Below, piece after piece: positions 49,310 to 61,895 of a DNA stretch of 64,000 nt. Origin of the DNA: Octopus bimaculoides (taxonomy: Eukaryota). Under the pieces are notes generated by a model that did not search any database, was not told where the DNA came from, and worked only from the letters and a program-made list of their open reading frames with translations. The position numbers and the translations under genes are program-made. Each line of letters begins with the position of its first letter. Positions within the stretch are counted from its first letter, which is position 1. The stretch spans positions 106,473,462 to 106,537,461 of the forward strand of contig NC_068985.1 in the NCBI RefSeq assembly GCF_001194135.2, in the 5' to 3' direction.

Positions 49310-51957
49310 CCAGGTTGAAATGCCATAAGTTCGTTTTCCTTTTTCAAAGTAAACACCATGAAGATATACAAGAAACTCTAAGAGGTCCTTAATCTTCTCC
49401 GATAAGACTAAGAACTTATACATGATGGACACACACAATAGGCTTTTAAATGATTCAATCACACAAAAATACGGACGCACTTCCCGACACGCTTATAATA
49501 ACATTAACTGTGAAGCTAAACAGAAAGCAATTAGGCTAGATGTAGCAGACAGAGTAAAGATCTTGGTCAAGATAAATGCCTTTATCACTTTAAAGGACTA
49601 CAAGCTTAATTTTGCCTCTAACCCCAAATGTCACCTGATCAACCCAAGATTGGCCAGTTGAGTGTGTATAACTGATGAAGATTAATGACGACATAAGGAG
49701 GCACACGAGCCTCCCTCTATGGCACAGCACCAATGAGGTGACCTCAAGGTTTATTGCTAACCGGAGGAGAGGCAGGGCTAGGCTTACACAGTTTGACATT
49801 GTCAACTTTTATCCATTGATTTCAAAAGAGTTGCTGATGAAGGCACTTTCCTTTGCTAAGGGCTTCACAGATATTAGTGATAGTAATATTAGTGTTATCA
49901 TCCATGCCAGGAAGACGGTGCTGTTCAACAAAGATTTGATGTGGGTCAAGTAATCTGACCCCAAGGGCTCCTTCGATGTGGCTATGGGAGCATATGACAG
50001 TGTCGATGTCTGTGATCTTATCAGACTACACATCTCGGACATCTTAGGGAAGAGGTTTCCTTTGGTCCTTTTCAGTCTCTACAGAGATGACGCCCTAGCC
50101 ATCTGTAGAGGAGCCAACAGGCACACAATATCTAAACTTAGAAAGGACCTAATTAGTGCCCTAGGCTCAATGGGACTCAAGATCACCATTGAGACTAATC
50201 TCACAGTAGATTTCCTTGATGTTACTTTAGATCTCGGCTCTGGTACATACAGGCCCTATCACAAGCTAAATGAGAAGCTGTCCTTTATTAGCACAGCCTC
50301 CTGCTACCCCACTATAGTTTTCAAGAACCTAGTGAAGGGTGTAAGCAAGAGGATCTTGAATCTATCCTCTAGCCAAGACACCTTTGACACTGCTGCCCCC
50401 TACTACAATGAGGCACTTGCATCAAGTGGGTTTAAGGACTGCATCTCCTACATGCCAGGCCCTAGCACCCAAAAAAGGAAGAGCCACAGAAACATCGTTT
50501 GGTTTACTTCACCCTTCTCGCTCAATGTCAAGACTGGTGTGGGAAGGATTTTCCTTAGATTAATAGATAAACATTTCACATGCATACATAGATACAGGTA
50601 ATTATTTAACAGGCACAACCTAAGAATCTCCTTTAGCTGTGCTCCTAAAATAAAAAGCATATTAACAAGCATCCACAATACAAGGGAGAAGGCAGGTTGC
50701 TCTTACAGGGTATACAATAACTGTCCAGTAGGAAGCCGATGCAAGACTGAAGGAGTTATCTATGAAGCTACAGTGACACCTAGACCTGCTATCCGCATTA
50801 CCAGCAATGTACCATCCAACAGCAATAATAGCAGATTAACCAGGTCTCACACCAGTACAATCGCCACAGCTAGAGAAGATGACCAGTCCAGGACCAGCGC
50901 CAGAAGAGGTAACTGATGACCCCAGTACCACCACCACAGATGATGAACAAACCATTATCATTGACACCAATAGAGTGATCAGCCCCACATCATACCTTAC
51001 CACCAGTACAATTGCCACACCTAGAGATGATGACCAATCCAGGACCAGTGACGCAGAAGGGGTATCCAGCATCCCCAGTATCACCACCACAGACAATGAT
51101 CAAATAATTATCATCGACACCAATGGAATGACAAGCCCTGCACCATATGTTACCAACACTCACACTAATGCCAGCAGCTACATAGCCAACCATATGACCA
51201 GAAATGATATCCATGGCGATAACACCACTGGATCATTGCGCCATATTGACAATGTCAGCAACGGTGTTGCCAACAGCATCCCCAGGCTCTGAGTCTAACA
51301 GAGATATACCAGGAGTGCGAATAGAGCCACATCACAAGTTTGTAAATATATCGGATCGGCCAGTACATCTTTCAAACATCACTTCCACAACCACTAGTCA
51401 TCCTTCTGAGTCTCAGAAAGACGTTTTGTCATGTCCCTGGCCAGCCATGCGTGGTGCCTCAAAGATCAAGGGTCTCCATGTGACATCAGGTGGAAAAATA
51501 ATAGAACATCCAGGCCCATATATTAATAGGAGTGGCCATTGCAAAATCTGCATCATGGAGAGATCCAAAATTCTTGAGGAGTATGCTAAACCTGGTGCAT
51601 TAAATAGTCGTAAAGAAGTTTTCTCAAAATGTATCCATTTCAAGCGCTACCTACTGGAAAATTGGATCTCCCTGTTTGCTGGTTAGGCTATTTTGGGTCT
51701 ATAAGGGTTGTTTTATCCTCTGGTCCAGGTGAGATAACCCTTCCTCATTAATGTTTTTATACGTTAGCCATTAAATCACGATATCTGAGCGTTTCCTCAT
51801 GTCTGTGTGGTAGAAAGTTTAATTTTTTTGTCTTTGTATAGAACCTGACAAGCTGTCCAAAGGGCTGTGATATGAATCCTTTGGGCCAGAATTTAACATT
51901 TTATTTTAATAATTTAATCTTTAGAGCGTGCTTCTTTTCTGATATGTGTTTTATTGA
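49310..51957 (+). mobile_element. Penelope-like retroelement (RT plus C-terminal GIY-YIG; Hydra-clade-like), decayed and probably 5'-truncated
   Basis: DKTKNLY, AFITLKDYK..F..NP.C.LINP, QFDIVNFYP, AMGA, YRDD (50080-50091), DFLDVTLDL, WFTSPFS, Cx(C>Y)x5Cx5C, GVIY, YIG and CKICIME...LNSRKEVFSKCIH. Has stops and frameshifts; (TA)n on both flanks. Confidence 0.9.
50851..51130 (+). repeat. Roughly 153-bp (51-codon) tandem duplication inside the PLE endonuclease
   Basis: ACCAGTACAAT.GCCACA.CTAGAGA.GATGACCA.TCCAGGACCAG at 50851 and 51002. The 151-bp spacing becomes 153 bp if a 2-nt loss in copy 1 is restored. Confidence 0.85.
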
Positions 51958-51978
51958 CTATATATATATACATATAAA

Positions 51979-52694
51979 TCTAATATAATAAATGCGAAAA
52001 CTAATTTCTGTGTCTGTGTGTCACACTTTGAGACCCCTTCTTTCACTATTCATTGACACTCCTACTATTGCTCATGTTGGGGTGAAAGTAATAGTAGGCA
52101 TAAAGACAGTAGTAGATTGATGGTTGTGATGGTAATGGAGTGATATTAACAGTATGAGCTGTAGTTGTGATAGAGGTGGAGGTGACAGTGATGATGGTAG
52201 TGGTGGTGATAGCTGAAGCAGTCAGGGACAATGGTGATAGTAAGCGATGTGAAAGACAGTGGTGATGGTGGTGGAGGGGAAGGTGGCGAAGTCAAAGGTA
52301 TTGAGGTGGTGGCATCAGAAATCTGAATGGTGGGTGTATGGCTGTTGTGGTGGCAATGGTGGTGGTACTGGTGATAGTGATGGTCGAAAACAATCAAAAT
52401 AAAGAGAGAGAGAGAGAGATAAAGAAAGAGGTTAGACAGAAAAAGAAATTATATTGACCCCTGAATGGGAAGACAAAAAATGTTTATCATGCAGCTTTGC
52501 AATAAGTTCCAAGTCGACAAATTATATCATTGCTTGGATTAAAATTGTTCATAGCTTGAAAAATATTGGTCAAGTTTAATAAAATCGAATATGTACTCAA
52601 TGCATGAAGTGTCATTGTTAGGCCCAAGACCCATTGATGAGCCCTTCACAGAAGCTGGTTTAAGAGCCGCCTAATAGGTCGGCTTTTAAGCTAG
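51979..52694 (+). mobile_element. Non-autonomous Helitron (716 bp)
   Basis: 5' A|TCTAATATAATAAATGCGAAA...TGTGTCTGTGTG; subterminal hairpin AGCCGCCT-AAT-AGGTCGGCT at 52664-52684; 3' CTAG|T, i.e. inserted between A and T with no TSD. Confidence 0.7.
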
Positions 52695-54289
52695 TGTATA
52701 TGTGTGTGTGCGTATTTGTCGCTTACCACCGCTTGGCAAGCAGTGTTGGCTTTGTTTACGTCTGTGTAATTTAGAAGTTCAGCATGCGAGACTGGAGGGA
52801 TAAGCACAAGGGTTTAAAAAAAATAAGTACTTGGGTTAATTCGTTTGAGTTTCCTTCAAGGCGGCACCCTAGCAGTCCAATGACTAAAACAAGTAAAAGA
52901 TAAAAATAACAATAACGCAAATTTTCTTAAAATTTAACTGAAGGGAAGTAATTACTAAATAGCATTGCGAGAGTTATCGAACTTGAAAGCCTATGGTCGC
53001 GATCAAAAAAGACAAAAGTATGAGATTTAAAGTTTTAGAAAATTTCCACTTGGTCAGTAATTACTTTCACAACGATATTAATGTTCCAGAATACTATATC
53101 ACTTATTTTTTATAATTTATATATGTTTCACCTTATATAAAATTCAACTTATATAAAATTCGTTATTACCTTTCATCCTTTCGGGATCGATAAAAGAAGT
53201 ATCAAATCAGGACTATGAATTGATGACATTGTAAGCGAATAAGACCAGATAACTTGTGAAATTTGTCATGACTCTTTGCATTTGGCAGCTATGTCTGCAA
53301 CGACACTGGCACCAGGTTGTATTGGCCCAAATCGACGGACATTCCGTTGGATATCGTCGTTGCGAATGAAGAAAGGCTTGAATGCCTGTGCAAATGTCAG
53401 TTTTAATTTCAGAATACCTCTGGCTTGCGCATGCGTACATGTGTAGATTACTGGTCGTTTTCAACTAACCGTGGGCCATTTGCGACCCGGGGGACTTTCT
53501 AAAGGATACACCTACGAAATATTTCTTTGAATTCTCTTAGTAGTGTGACCTATCTGATAATGAGTTATGTCTCATGCGGTCTACTTCTCGAAAAAGGTTG
53601 TCCATGCCTCTTTTAAACTGACACAGCCATCTTCAACGACCATCAAGTTAGAAGAGGCTAGTATGGGCCGTTGAATATTGCAGGTTCTTTTAGTCTTCTG
53701 AGAACTATATGGTTGGTGTCCAGCCTAAAAACTTGAAGGAAAACAAGCAGAATTTTGACGTAAACTCTCTTGGGATAGATGGGAATTTTTAAAGTGGAAT
53801 TCAGCTTTTTACAAACGATAAATATGCCTGTTGTTGATGACATGCGTAAAGCAGATGTAATTTAGTATAAATTACATCTGCTTTGACATGGGAATATCTT
53901 TCCTTTTTTTTTTTGAATTTAGAAAATGTGAAATGTTATATGGGCATGCATGCACATGCTTGTGTGCAGGTGCACGCACACACATATACGTACATACATG
54001 CATCCATCCAACCATGTATGTATGTATGTATAATTTATATATATTTCAGCATGTGGTGACCATCTAAGTGAGACGTTTGTTCTTTTCTCTCCATTTTTTT
54101 CTTTCTTCATCTATCCGTTCCATAGAAGAGCATATGCCCAAAATATTAAAGGCACCTTCCAATTTTCCTGAGTATCAATCTAATATACTTTGTTTGTTTA
54201 TTTGCCTTGTTTTTGAGTTTTTTATTTTTACACACACACACACACATGCCTATATATGTTTACATGTGTGTGTAAATGGTCAGCAGAGG

Positions 54290-56160
54290 AGAACTGGGCC
54301 ATTGACAGAATAAAACTCAATTCCAAAGTGTTCTCATTTGCCCAAAAGCATAAGGATGCTATTTCATCTGTTGGACATCTGATTGACAAAGATTACAATT
54401 TCCATAGTGATGCTAATGACATGGTGAGATTCTGCAGAAACGATACAGCTCTGCTTTCAGCAATCCCAATATGGTAGGTCTAGAAAACATCTGCTTTCGG
54501 CAATCCCAATATGGTTGGTTTGGACAACATCTGCTTTCGGCAATCCCAATATGGTTGGTTTGGACAACACCTGCTTTCGGCAATCCCAATGTGGTTGGTC
54601 TGGACAGCACAGCCTATCTGACACATATTTTGGCACTCTGGATATCATAGTAGATATAAATAAAATTAAGAAAATAACTTATTTGCAGGCCCCATTAAGT
54701 TCCTCACTAGAAACCTGAAAGAATGTCAACATCAATTCACATCCCCACTTGCCATCACTGGATGTTGGTTATATTCCTTATCATTTTCTGTCTCAGTTGC
54801 CCTAGTTTTCAAAAAGAGAAGCAAGTCACTTTGAATTACCAATTAATAACTAATCTCACTTATCTCTCATGTCATCTAATTAATTGAGAGTGTGGTGAGA
54901 TTTTGAGCAACTCACTTCCTTAATTCCAACCAACATGGTTTCTGCAATGGCAGACTGCCTAACAAAATTCCCACATCACTTTGATGACATTCTAAAGGCT
55001 CTACGAGAGGGTTCTTAGACTGATATAATATGCCTTAGCTTCAGTAAACTTTGATCACAGCATCCTGTGGAACAAACTATCCAGCATTAGAGTCTATGGG
55101 GAAACTTTTAAACAAGAATGATAAGTGTTTTCTTGTGAACAGAACCCAGCATGTTGCAGTTGATGGTGTTCAATCAAACTCAGTGAGAATCATTAGTGGA
55201 GTCCCACAAGACATTGTGTTGGGCTCACTTCTCTTTCTTATTTACATTAGTGACATCATAGATGTCATCAAACTCGGCTGTGAGAAAATGACTCTAAGCC
55301 TCTGAAGGTTGTCAAAAGAGAAGACTGGGCATATCTCCAATTAGATCTGCTTGCTGTTATCCAATGGGCTAAAGAAAAAGAATAAAAAAAAGAAGAAAAA
55401 CATACACAATTTGCAGCTAAATGGAGATAAATTTGAATTAATCAACTTTGGAAAAGCAGATACAGTTAACCCACCTCTTTCTCCTTCACTGGACACAACG
55501 ATCATGGCATCAAACACTGCTAGAGTCCTCGGAGTAACTACCTATAATACCTTAAGCTAGGGTACCTACATAAACAGCAAAGTTGACATGGTCCACAGGA
55601 TGTACTCTTGAATCCTTAGGATTCTTAGGTCCAGGAATGTTTCTACTATTCTTTTTCTTTTCTCTATCTTTTCCTCTCCTGACCTTGAATACTGCTGTCA
55701 GCTGAGGTCTCTCCACATGTAACAAAGTATTATAAAAATTGAAATCCTTCATGGATTAGTCACAAAAAAAAAAAAAAAAAACCAGTGACAAGTCTTGATT
55801 AGTGGGATTGGTTCAAGAAACTCAAGCTCTATCCTCTTCAAAGCTACCATAAGCACTATACCACTTGTATGCTATGGAAAATATTCCATCAACATTGCTC
55901 AAATAATATTGACATCAACTTTAAATTTTTACCCAAATCTTGGTTCTCGTGCCATACATCCTCAGCAAAAACTGAGCTTACATCACAACACTAAGACGAA
56001 TTATTTCACCTCACTTGACCCTGCTCTCTTTAATATTGTAGCAAGATGTAAAAGAGAAGAAAAAAATATCCCATAACAAACAGTTACTGGACAAATTCCA
56101 GATAAACCACCTACACTCAGATATACCTCTGCAACCAGTAATTCTTTACTTGGATGGGTT
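54290..56160 (+). pseudogene. Decayed CR1/L2-type LINE ORF2 (linker, RT and C-terminus)
   Basis: IKLNSKVFSFAQKH, RPISLISHV-like, NQHGF, QHVAVDG...SGVPQDIVLGSLLFLIYISDI, LQLNGDKFEL and terminal IPD.P motifs, with many disruptions. Confidence 0.85.
54451..54610. repeat. 40-bp tandem repeat, four copies, inside the LINE remnant
   Basis: CTGCTTTCGGCAATCCCAATATGGTTGGTTTGGACAACAT at 54451, 54491, 54531 and 54571. Confidence 0.95.
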
Positions 56161-57199
56161 ATAGTGCCCAGAGTATGACTGTAAAAATGAAACATGATTA
56201 AAATTCATCTGTAGGTGGTGCTTTTAAGTTAGTCATGGCTTGGGCCAATACCAGTTGAAATCTATCCAAGTAGCTACATACAAATATAAATATCTATCTA
56301 TCTACCTACCTATCTATCTATCTACATATAAATATTTGCATGTATACATCTGGTTCTCTTCCCATCTCATAACACTTGGTTGTTTCTCCACTGCTACTTC
56401 CTTTTAGATTTTCTTTGTCTTAATCCTCCTCTCCACTATTCCTTCTTCTCTTTCATTTTTCATATGATCCTGTCTCACTCTGTATCAATATTTATTTTAT
56501 CCCCCCCCACCTATTTCTCTCTCTCAAAACTTCACCCAATTTACCTCACTGACTACCTATTGTTACATAAATATCTCTATCTCTCTCTCTCTCTGTCACA
56601 AAACTTATATCTCCTTATAAAAATCTGGTAACATCTGAAGCACAAGAAATAAGAGCAGTATGAAAAAAAGGAGTGGGAGGAAGAAAAAATTAAACATTAA
56701 CAAGGAGGGGGAGAATATGGAAGAAGAAAAATATTCTTTTGGCTGTATGTTATGTATTTCTCTCTCTCTCTTTCTCTATTTTACTATTTCTCTCTTTTAC
56801 TATTTCTCCTTCTTTCTCAATAATTTGCAGGTGGTTTTGTAGATTTTACATTAAACATTATTGAAAATATCTCACAAAAAACTATCTTTCTTTACATTTT
56901 CTATATTCTGTCATTTCAATCATTTGTGTCTTACTTTCCTTGAAATCATGTTTAAAATAATTTTTTTAACCTTATAAACCATAAGCCAGCACCAGATAGT
57001 GATGATTTCATTCTGCAGCATCAATGTTCATGTACCTTCTTGAGTGTTCTTTTCTTTAATATAAAAGTCTTTTCCTCCCTGGTATAACAGGAAGGGACGC
57101 TTGCTTACACTTACTTTCTTATAATTTGTTTCAATTGTTAATGTTACAGAAAAGAGTGTTCCAGTGTCTTCTGCTGCCAAACACAAGTATGCTCTGAGG

Positions 57200-58120
57200 G
57201 CAACAGAAACAAATGGACAGTGTCAAAACAGGCTGCTAATGCTGCCAGGAATGCAGCTCACAGAAAACTCAAGACTGGTAGTGAAGTGAAAATCACAGTG
57301 AACAGAATGCTACAAGACAACAGGAAATGTCTGATGAATGATAGGCTCACCTTCGATAGAATGCTGCCAAGTAGGATGCATACAGGTATCATGAAACCCC
57401 ACAAGAGCACCAAGGCAAGCCAGGCCAGAAAGTTTAAAGAGTATGTCAAGCAGAGGCTAGGTCCAGCCAGACATACATGAGCTGCAGAAAAGAGGTACTT
57501 TCAACTATGATTCTTGACATGACTATGCTTCTGAAGACTTCTGCTACCATGGCCAAAATTCCTGAAAATTGTTTAGTCAAAAATGGAAGCAAAAGACAAA
57601 TGTAATGTTCTCTTCTAATGGAGAAGTTAATGCAGCAGCCCTTGTTGATTCGGAGACCCTTAAACAGCTTCTTACTGTTGCTACTGAGGAATCCATGCAT
57701 TTTTTAAGACCATCAGAAAATATAACTCTGATTTCCAAATGACTTCCTTTGGCACCAACATCACCAGAGGAGGGGAATTTATATCAACTTTTAAAAGTAC
57801 AAACCAAATCTACAAGATTGGTTCACTGCAGCCTTGTCCCAATGAAGAGTCTTGATTTCTGCAACTGTAATTTATCGATGACTTAAAGAAACGGGATCAT
57901 CTCTTCAGGCACAAAGTTTTGACTTGATTCTTGAACTTCAAGATGTGGTCCATGAAAAAAGCAGCTATGCCAAGAGTTCCAAGTATGCTTTTGAATGTAC
58001 CCATTTTGGAGTTTCAAATTGTCATTGATGTATAGAGGAGGCCATCTGGAGAACATGTATATGATTTCAATGAATTATAATGCAATGAGGTTGCTGTTAT
58101 CGTGAGTGGAGACTCACATT
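57200..58120 (+). pseudogene. Decayed Helitron RepHel N-terminal region
   Basis: SNGEV...ETLKQLL...IRKYNSDFQMTSFG...TFK..NQIYKIGSLQPCPNEE.*FLQL*FID...LILELQD...RRPSGEH...NEVAVI match blocks found upstream of the Helitron Rep domain. Confidence 0.82.
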
Positions 58121-58409
58121 GCAAAAGTACAAAAAGAAGTACAAAACTATCACTATTAGAACTGATGCATCGCAATATAACAGTTTCCAATGAAATAAAC
58201 CGGTTTTCACTTAACCCTGTATTTTTATTTAATATGCTTGAATTTGATATGTTCATATTAAGCATATATCTATTCTTTACATGCCAGACTGCTACAGACA
58301 TAGGGGAAAACAATTTAATTTCTTGGATGAAAATTAACTTCTTGAAACCAGATATACTCCTTTATTAAGAATAACTCAGTCATTTGTAGGTATTTTGCAT
58401 CCTGGTAGA

Positions 58410-58453
<44 letters not shown>

Positions 58454-61400
58454 ATAAAGAATCAATAAAATCAAATCAAATTAAAAGGAAAACAATGATA
58501 ATACGACACAGTTATTTAAAAACATAAAATATACATGCGATCAAAACAGAACAAAAAAGAAAAAAAGAAATGATCAGGCATTACATTGATCTTTACATTT
58601 CATCAAAACAAATATGTATGTATGTATGTTTGTATCTAAATATACATAGATATCAACCAATAAATTATATGGACAAAGAGACATATCATAACTGGCTTTC
58701 TCACATTGTAGTTAATCTAATTGTTTAGAGAGAGATAGAATATGAAACTAAAGTCAGAGAAAGGCATCCCAATACCAGGCATTATGCAGAATCTCACTTG
58801 CGTCTCTTATTTCTTTTTATCACTTCTGCCCTCTGATTTCCAATGCCTCCACATCTGTCTGGTGACAGTTCTTGGGATTTCTTGAACCTAGAGTTAATTT
58901 ATTACACCACACATTCATTAGCTTACATGCACTGATACGCATGCACTCTGAGAACCAATACCACTGATTGGGATGTACACAACATAAACACACACATTGT
59001 TATACACACACATACATTCACACATTCTAGCTTGAATATTCTTATCCAATTGCACACAGCTATAGATGACTGTGCCTATACATACATACATGCATGCATG
59101 CAGTGATATCAACACATATAAACACTCGTACACAATTGACAAAAAAACCTTCTCTTTCACATATATATATTTTTTCACTCTTCTACCTTTACTGATGCCT
59201 CCATCTACAGTTTCACGTAATATCATACAGAATAAAGATGGTTCAATATAGTTAATCTCAAGTGATTATAGTCATTGAAGTCGAAATCATGGTAGTGATA
59301 ATTTTAATGAAAGGATGGTACAGTTATATAATTAATTAAGCCAAGAATATTTTGCATACAAACTGCACAAAGACATAATTTCTAAAGGTAAAATCTATTT
59401 GTTTTAATCATAATCCTTTAATGTTTTGTTTGAACCCCTATAGAAATTTACACAATTTATACAGGCTGCCATATACCAGACCTTATACATGCATACATAG
59501 ACAGAGGAATGAACTTATTAACTTATATGCCTATCTACTCATATATATGTATATACATACACACAAACATACTTATATGTATACGCACACATATATACCT
59601 GTGTCTGTACATGTATGTATGTATAGGTATACATGTATATGTGTATGGATATATGTGTGTGTGTAGATATAGAGAAATGTATGCACGGATATATATGTTT
59701 GTATGTATATCTATCTTTATATATATATATATGGATAATGTAATTTATTTGTTTTGATGAAATGTAAAGGTTAATACAAATGTTCAATCATTTTTTTTTC
59801 TTTGTTGTTCTCATCACCTTTATATTTTATGTTTTTATTCAACTGTGTCTTATGCTACACTAATCCAAATGTATTGCTATAGAAATAAACAAAATGACAA
59901 GTAAAAATCAAGGTACTTTTTGAAAAGTCACCTGAGGAGATGTATCTTCATCTATGATGCATGACAACTGATTGTACAGCATCTCACCTGTAAGGTACTG
60001 GTGCATGGTGAGTTGAAACAATCATAGTGGTTCTGAATAAAGAGTCTCATGAATTCCATTTTCAGTTTCTCATATTTTTTTATATACACATACATATGTA
60101 TATTCATAGGCACACATACGCACACACACACAAACATATATATATATATATATGTATATGTGTGTGTGTGTGTGTGTAGACATACATTGGTTTGAAACTT
60201 GAATTGTGAGGTATAAATTCAGTTTCAATAAGCTATATACTCTATAAGACAACTTGAACATTCCTTTCTCATTTTCTTTAGACACAATTCAATGATTGTG
60301 TGTGTATATATATATACACAACTGGACTCCTCACTCCATTTTCTCCCCGTCATCACCTTATGCAGTATTCTACTGCATTAATTAAACCAGAGAACTACAT
60401 ATTCCATCATCCATTTCTGTGCACCCAGCTATCTTTCCTACTACCACCAACCATTTCTGACATCCATCACTCATTCTTAACACTGCCCCCCCCCCCAACC
60501 CGCCATTCACACCCTTCTGTGCTATTACATCTCCCTCTACTTGAACCACTGCTTGTTGACTTACCCCCACCATTCACCATGTAACTCTCACTCTCTCCAC
60601 ACATACTTGCAATCTACTCATCACCTGTCATGTCCATTTTTCTCATTCTTCTGCTCTCTACCATATTATTACTATTAAGCTGCTCTTCATTCTTTTTGCA
60701 CTGCCAGTCACCCCTACAACTCATATTTGTCATCAACCCACTCAGCCCTTGTTTACCACTCGCTACCTTCATCTCCTTCACTTCTACTCCATCTCTAACT
60801 ACCCCTTGCTCTTCCCATACACTCTTGCAACTGGCACCCACCCTTTCCATGCTTCTGTCCCCGTCCACTCCCTCTTCAATTTTCCTTTGGGTACCTTGAA
60901 AACTCAATGTGATACATCGCCACCCTCTTTCCAATTCCACTCTGATTACTCTCATTCACTGCAAGGTGGCCATGTATCTCTTCTACACAAAACCTAGCAT
61001 AAAACCACCTCCTTTTCTAGTATAATCCCACTCAGTTGAAGGGGATCTTGTCAATTTTATGGCTACTAGAAATGGTGTTATGAAAAACGCATTAGGAAGT
61101 GGTGGTGAGAGGGCAGCTGTAGAAACCATGCTAAAAACATTGGTGCATGATCAGTCCTTGAACTCACTGGATCCCATCATATTATCCAACTCAGACCAGC
61201 ACAGAAGAATATCATTACATGATGATGGTATATGTGCATATCTTGTTAAGACATACATACATTTTATTACAAATATACACACACACACACACACATTTAA
61301 ATGTCTGCAACAACTTGTTAATTATGTTTAGCGCTATTAATCATACTTGTAGAGATAAAATGTATTTTAAAAACTTTTACATCTACACGCTGTTTTAATT

Positions 61401-61669
61401 AGTTTGATTAATGATTATTAATAAGTGTCTTATTCCTGGATATGTGTGTAGCATGAGATTGGAATCGAACTTGGAATCCTTATTTCTAAACCAAAGGTAG
61501 TAATTTTGTTATCAACTAGGCCCAGTGGTTTCAAAACTGCGAAATAGCTACCCCGTCATTTGAATATTTTATAAAAAATTTTACCTCTCTTCACTTCCTT
61601 CTTTGGAGATAAAACAGAGTTTGAATCTTCATAATTCTTTTTTCTTTGCTATGGAACAGGAGTTTAAAA

Positions 61670-61895
61670 CATTCGACCTTTTCCATACTAACTTGCCCTA
61701 TACTGTCCTGGTTCTATGATATAAGCTTCCTGTTTTAAAGTGAACTAAATCAAACATTCCATCAGAATTTCATGTTATGTTCCAAAACCCAGCTTAATAA
61801 TGACAAAGTTATTTTACTAAATTCTTCATTATTTTCAAAATTAATTGAAATAAAGACAGTGTATTCGAACAGAAATATAGTAACATGAAGGGTAA
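61670..61895. mobile_element. piggyBac-like MITE (same family as 13499-13728)
   Basis: Shared core ...TTATTTTACTAAATTCTTCATTATTT...ACAGAAATAT.GTAAC. Confidence 0.55.

Noticed and set aside
51290-51410. In-frame TGA codons in the PLE as possible selenocysteine recoding
   Set aside because: They are accompanied by TAA and TAG stops and frameshifts, and no SECIS was identified; ordinary decay explains them.
54451-54610. CRISPR-like appearance of regular repeats (also 48896-49019)
   Set aside because: The units are directly adjacent with no unique spacers, there are no cas genes, and the context is eukaryotic.
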